A stretch of DNA of 64,000 nucleotides from Chloroflexota bacterium. GTDB lineage: Bacteria > Chloroflexota > UBA11872 > VXNJ01. The notes under the pieces were generated by a model. It worked only from the letters and a program-made list of their open reading frames with translations, made no database searches and was not told where the DNA came from. Position numbers and translations under genes: made by a program. The DNA lies in the NCBI GenBank assembly GCA_965261345.1, contig OZ253449.1, forward strand, positions 384,001-448,000, given 5' to 3'. Of this stretch, positions 63,313 through 64,000 are shown piece by piece; position 1 is the first letter of the stretch; the number at the start of each line of letters is the position of its first letter.

Positions 63313-64000
63313 TTAACGGCGCGTTCGGCGACGGCGCAGGATCAACTTGTCGCTGCGACGCCTGCCGATTCTGGTTTTTCGCCCCATCGCCGATTTGCCC
63401 CAGGGAGTCTTCGGTGGCATCCCGGTGGGGGCTTTGCCCTCACCGCCGCCATGCGGGTGATCCTTGGGGTTCATCGCCGAACCACGCACGCTCGGTCGGC
63501 GTCCCCGATGTCGGGATCGTCCCGCTTTGCCGAGCGATTGGTTCGAATGATCTTCGTTGCCAGAGCGACCAATTGTCGCAATACAGGCGCAACTGACCAA
63601 CCGCATCTCGCCAGACGGCATTCGCAGGGTGGCCATCCCGCGGTCCTTGGCCAATACCTGGAGGAAGGTTCCGGCCGAGCGGGCCAACTGGGCACCGCGA
63701 CCAGGTGTTAGCTCAACGCAGTGGACGACCGTACCGTCAGGTATGTTCTCCAATGCCAAGGCGTTGCCTAGGGTCAACCTTGAACCGGGGCCGGACTGGA
63801 TTGTGGCCCCAGGGGCCAGGCCGGCCGGGGCGATTATGTAGCGTTTGGCGCCATCGACGTAGTGGAGTAAGGCCAAGTTTGCTGACCGATTGGGATCGTA
63901 TTCGATCTGGGCCACCTTGGCCGGTATTCCGAATTTGTCGCGCTTCCAGTCAATCTCGCGCAGGTTGCGCTTGTGTCCGCCGCCCTGGTGCCGGACCGTA
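63313..64000 (-). CDS. rplB: 50S ribosomal protein L2 (5' end outside window)
   Basis: [34 protein letters not shown]. Confidence 0.96.
   Translation of the reverse strand, partial: TVRHQGGGHKRNLREIDWKRDKFGIPAKVAQIEYDPNRSANLALLHYVDGAKRYIIAPAGLAPGATIQSGPGSRLTLGNALALENIPDGTVVHCVELTPGRGAQLARSAGTFLQVLAKDRGMATLRMPSGEMRLVSCACIATIGRSGNEDHSNQSLGKAGRSRHRGRRPSVRGSAMNPKDHPHGGGEGKAPTGMPPKTPWGKSAMGRKTRIGRRRSDKLILRRRRTRR

Noticed and set aside
1-64000. CRISPR arrays, IS elements, prophage, rRNA, defence systems
   Set aside because: No spaced direct repeats and no transposase, integrase, phage or rRNA signatures were seen.

Overview
GC-rich bacterial chromosome window made up mostly of housekeeping genes: the end of purH, tsaE-tsaB-rimI-tsaD, folP, 2-oxoacid:ferredoxin oxidoreductase, rpsB-tsf-pyrH-frr-uppS-cdsA-dxr-rseP-ispG, tRNA-Pro(TGG), proBA, an EF-G2 paralog, xylA, acs, a Ktr/Trk permease, plsY, and the S10/spc/alpha/L13-S9 ribosomal cluster (rplB cut by the window end). 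Catabolic genes are scattered between them: two HpcH aldolases, an SDR, an enolase-superfamily dehydratase and two sulfatase-like paralogs. The MurF-Alr fusion, VanW protein, short EF-Ts and RimI style suggest Chloroflexota, but this is inference only. The best candidate for an undescribed system is a five-gene operon at 4865-11855 in which every gene overlaps the next. It encodes a divergent MraY, an APH-fold kinase lacking its catalytic Asp, a degenerate MurF fused to a divergent Alr racemase, a TIM-barrel sugar epimerase and a canonical MurF, and it lies outside any dcw cluster. It may be an accessory pathway for a modified lipid-linked cell-wall precursor. Also notable: several candidate structured RNAs, Thr-nucleophile sulfatase-like enzymes, and signs of relaxed start-codon use. 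No CRISPR array, rRNA or mobile element was seen. All calls come from reading motifs by eye; no database search was run.
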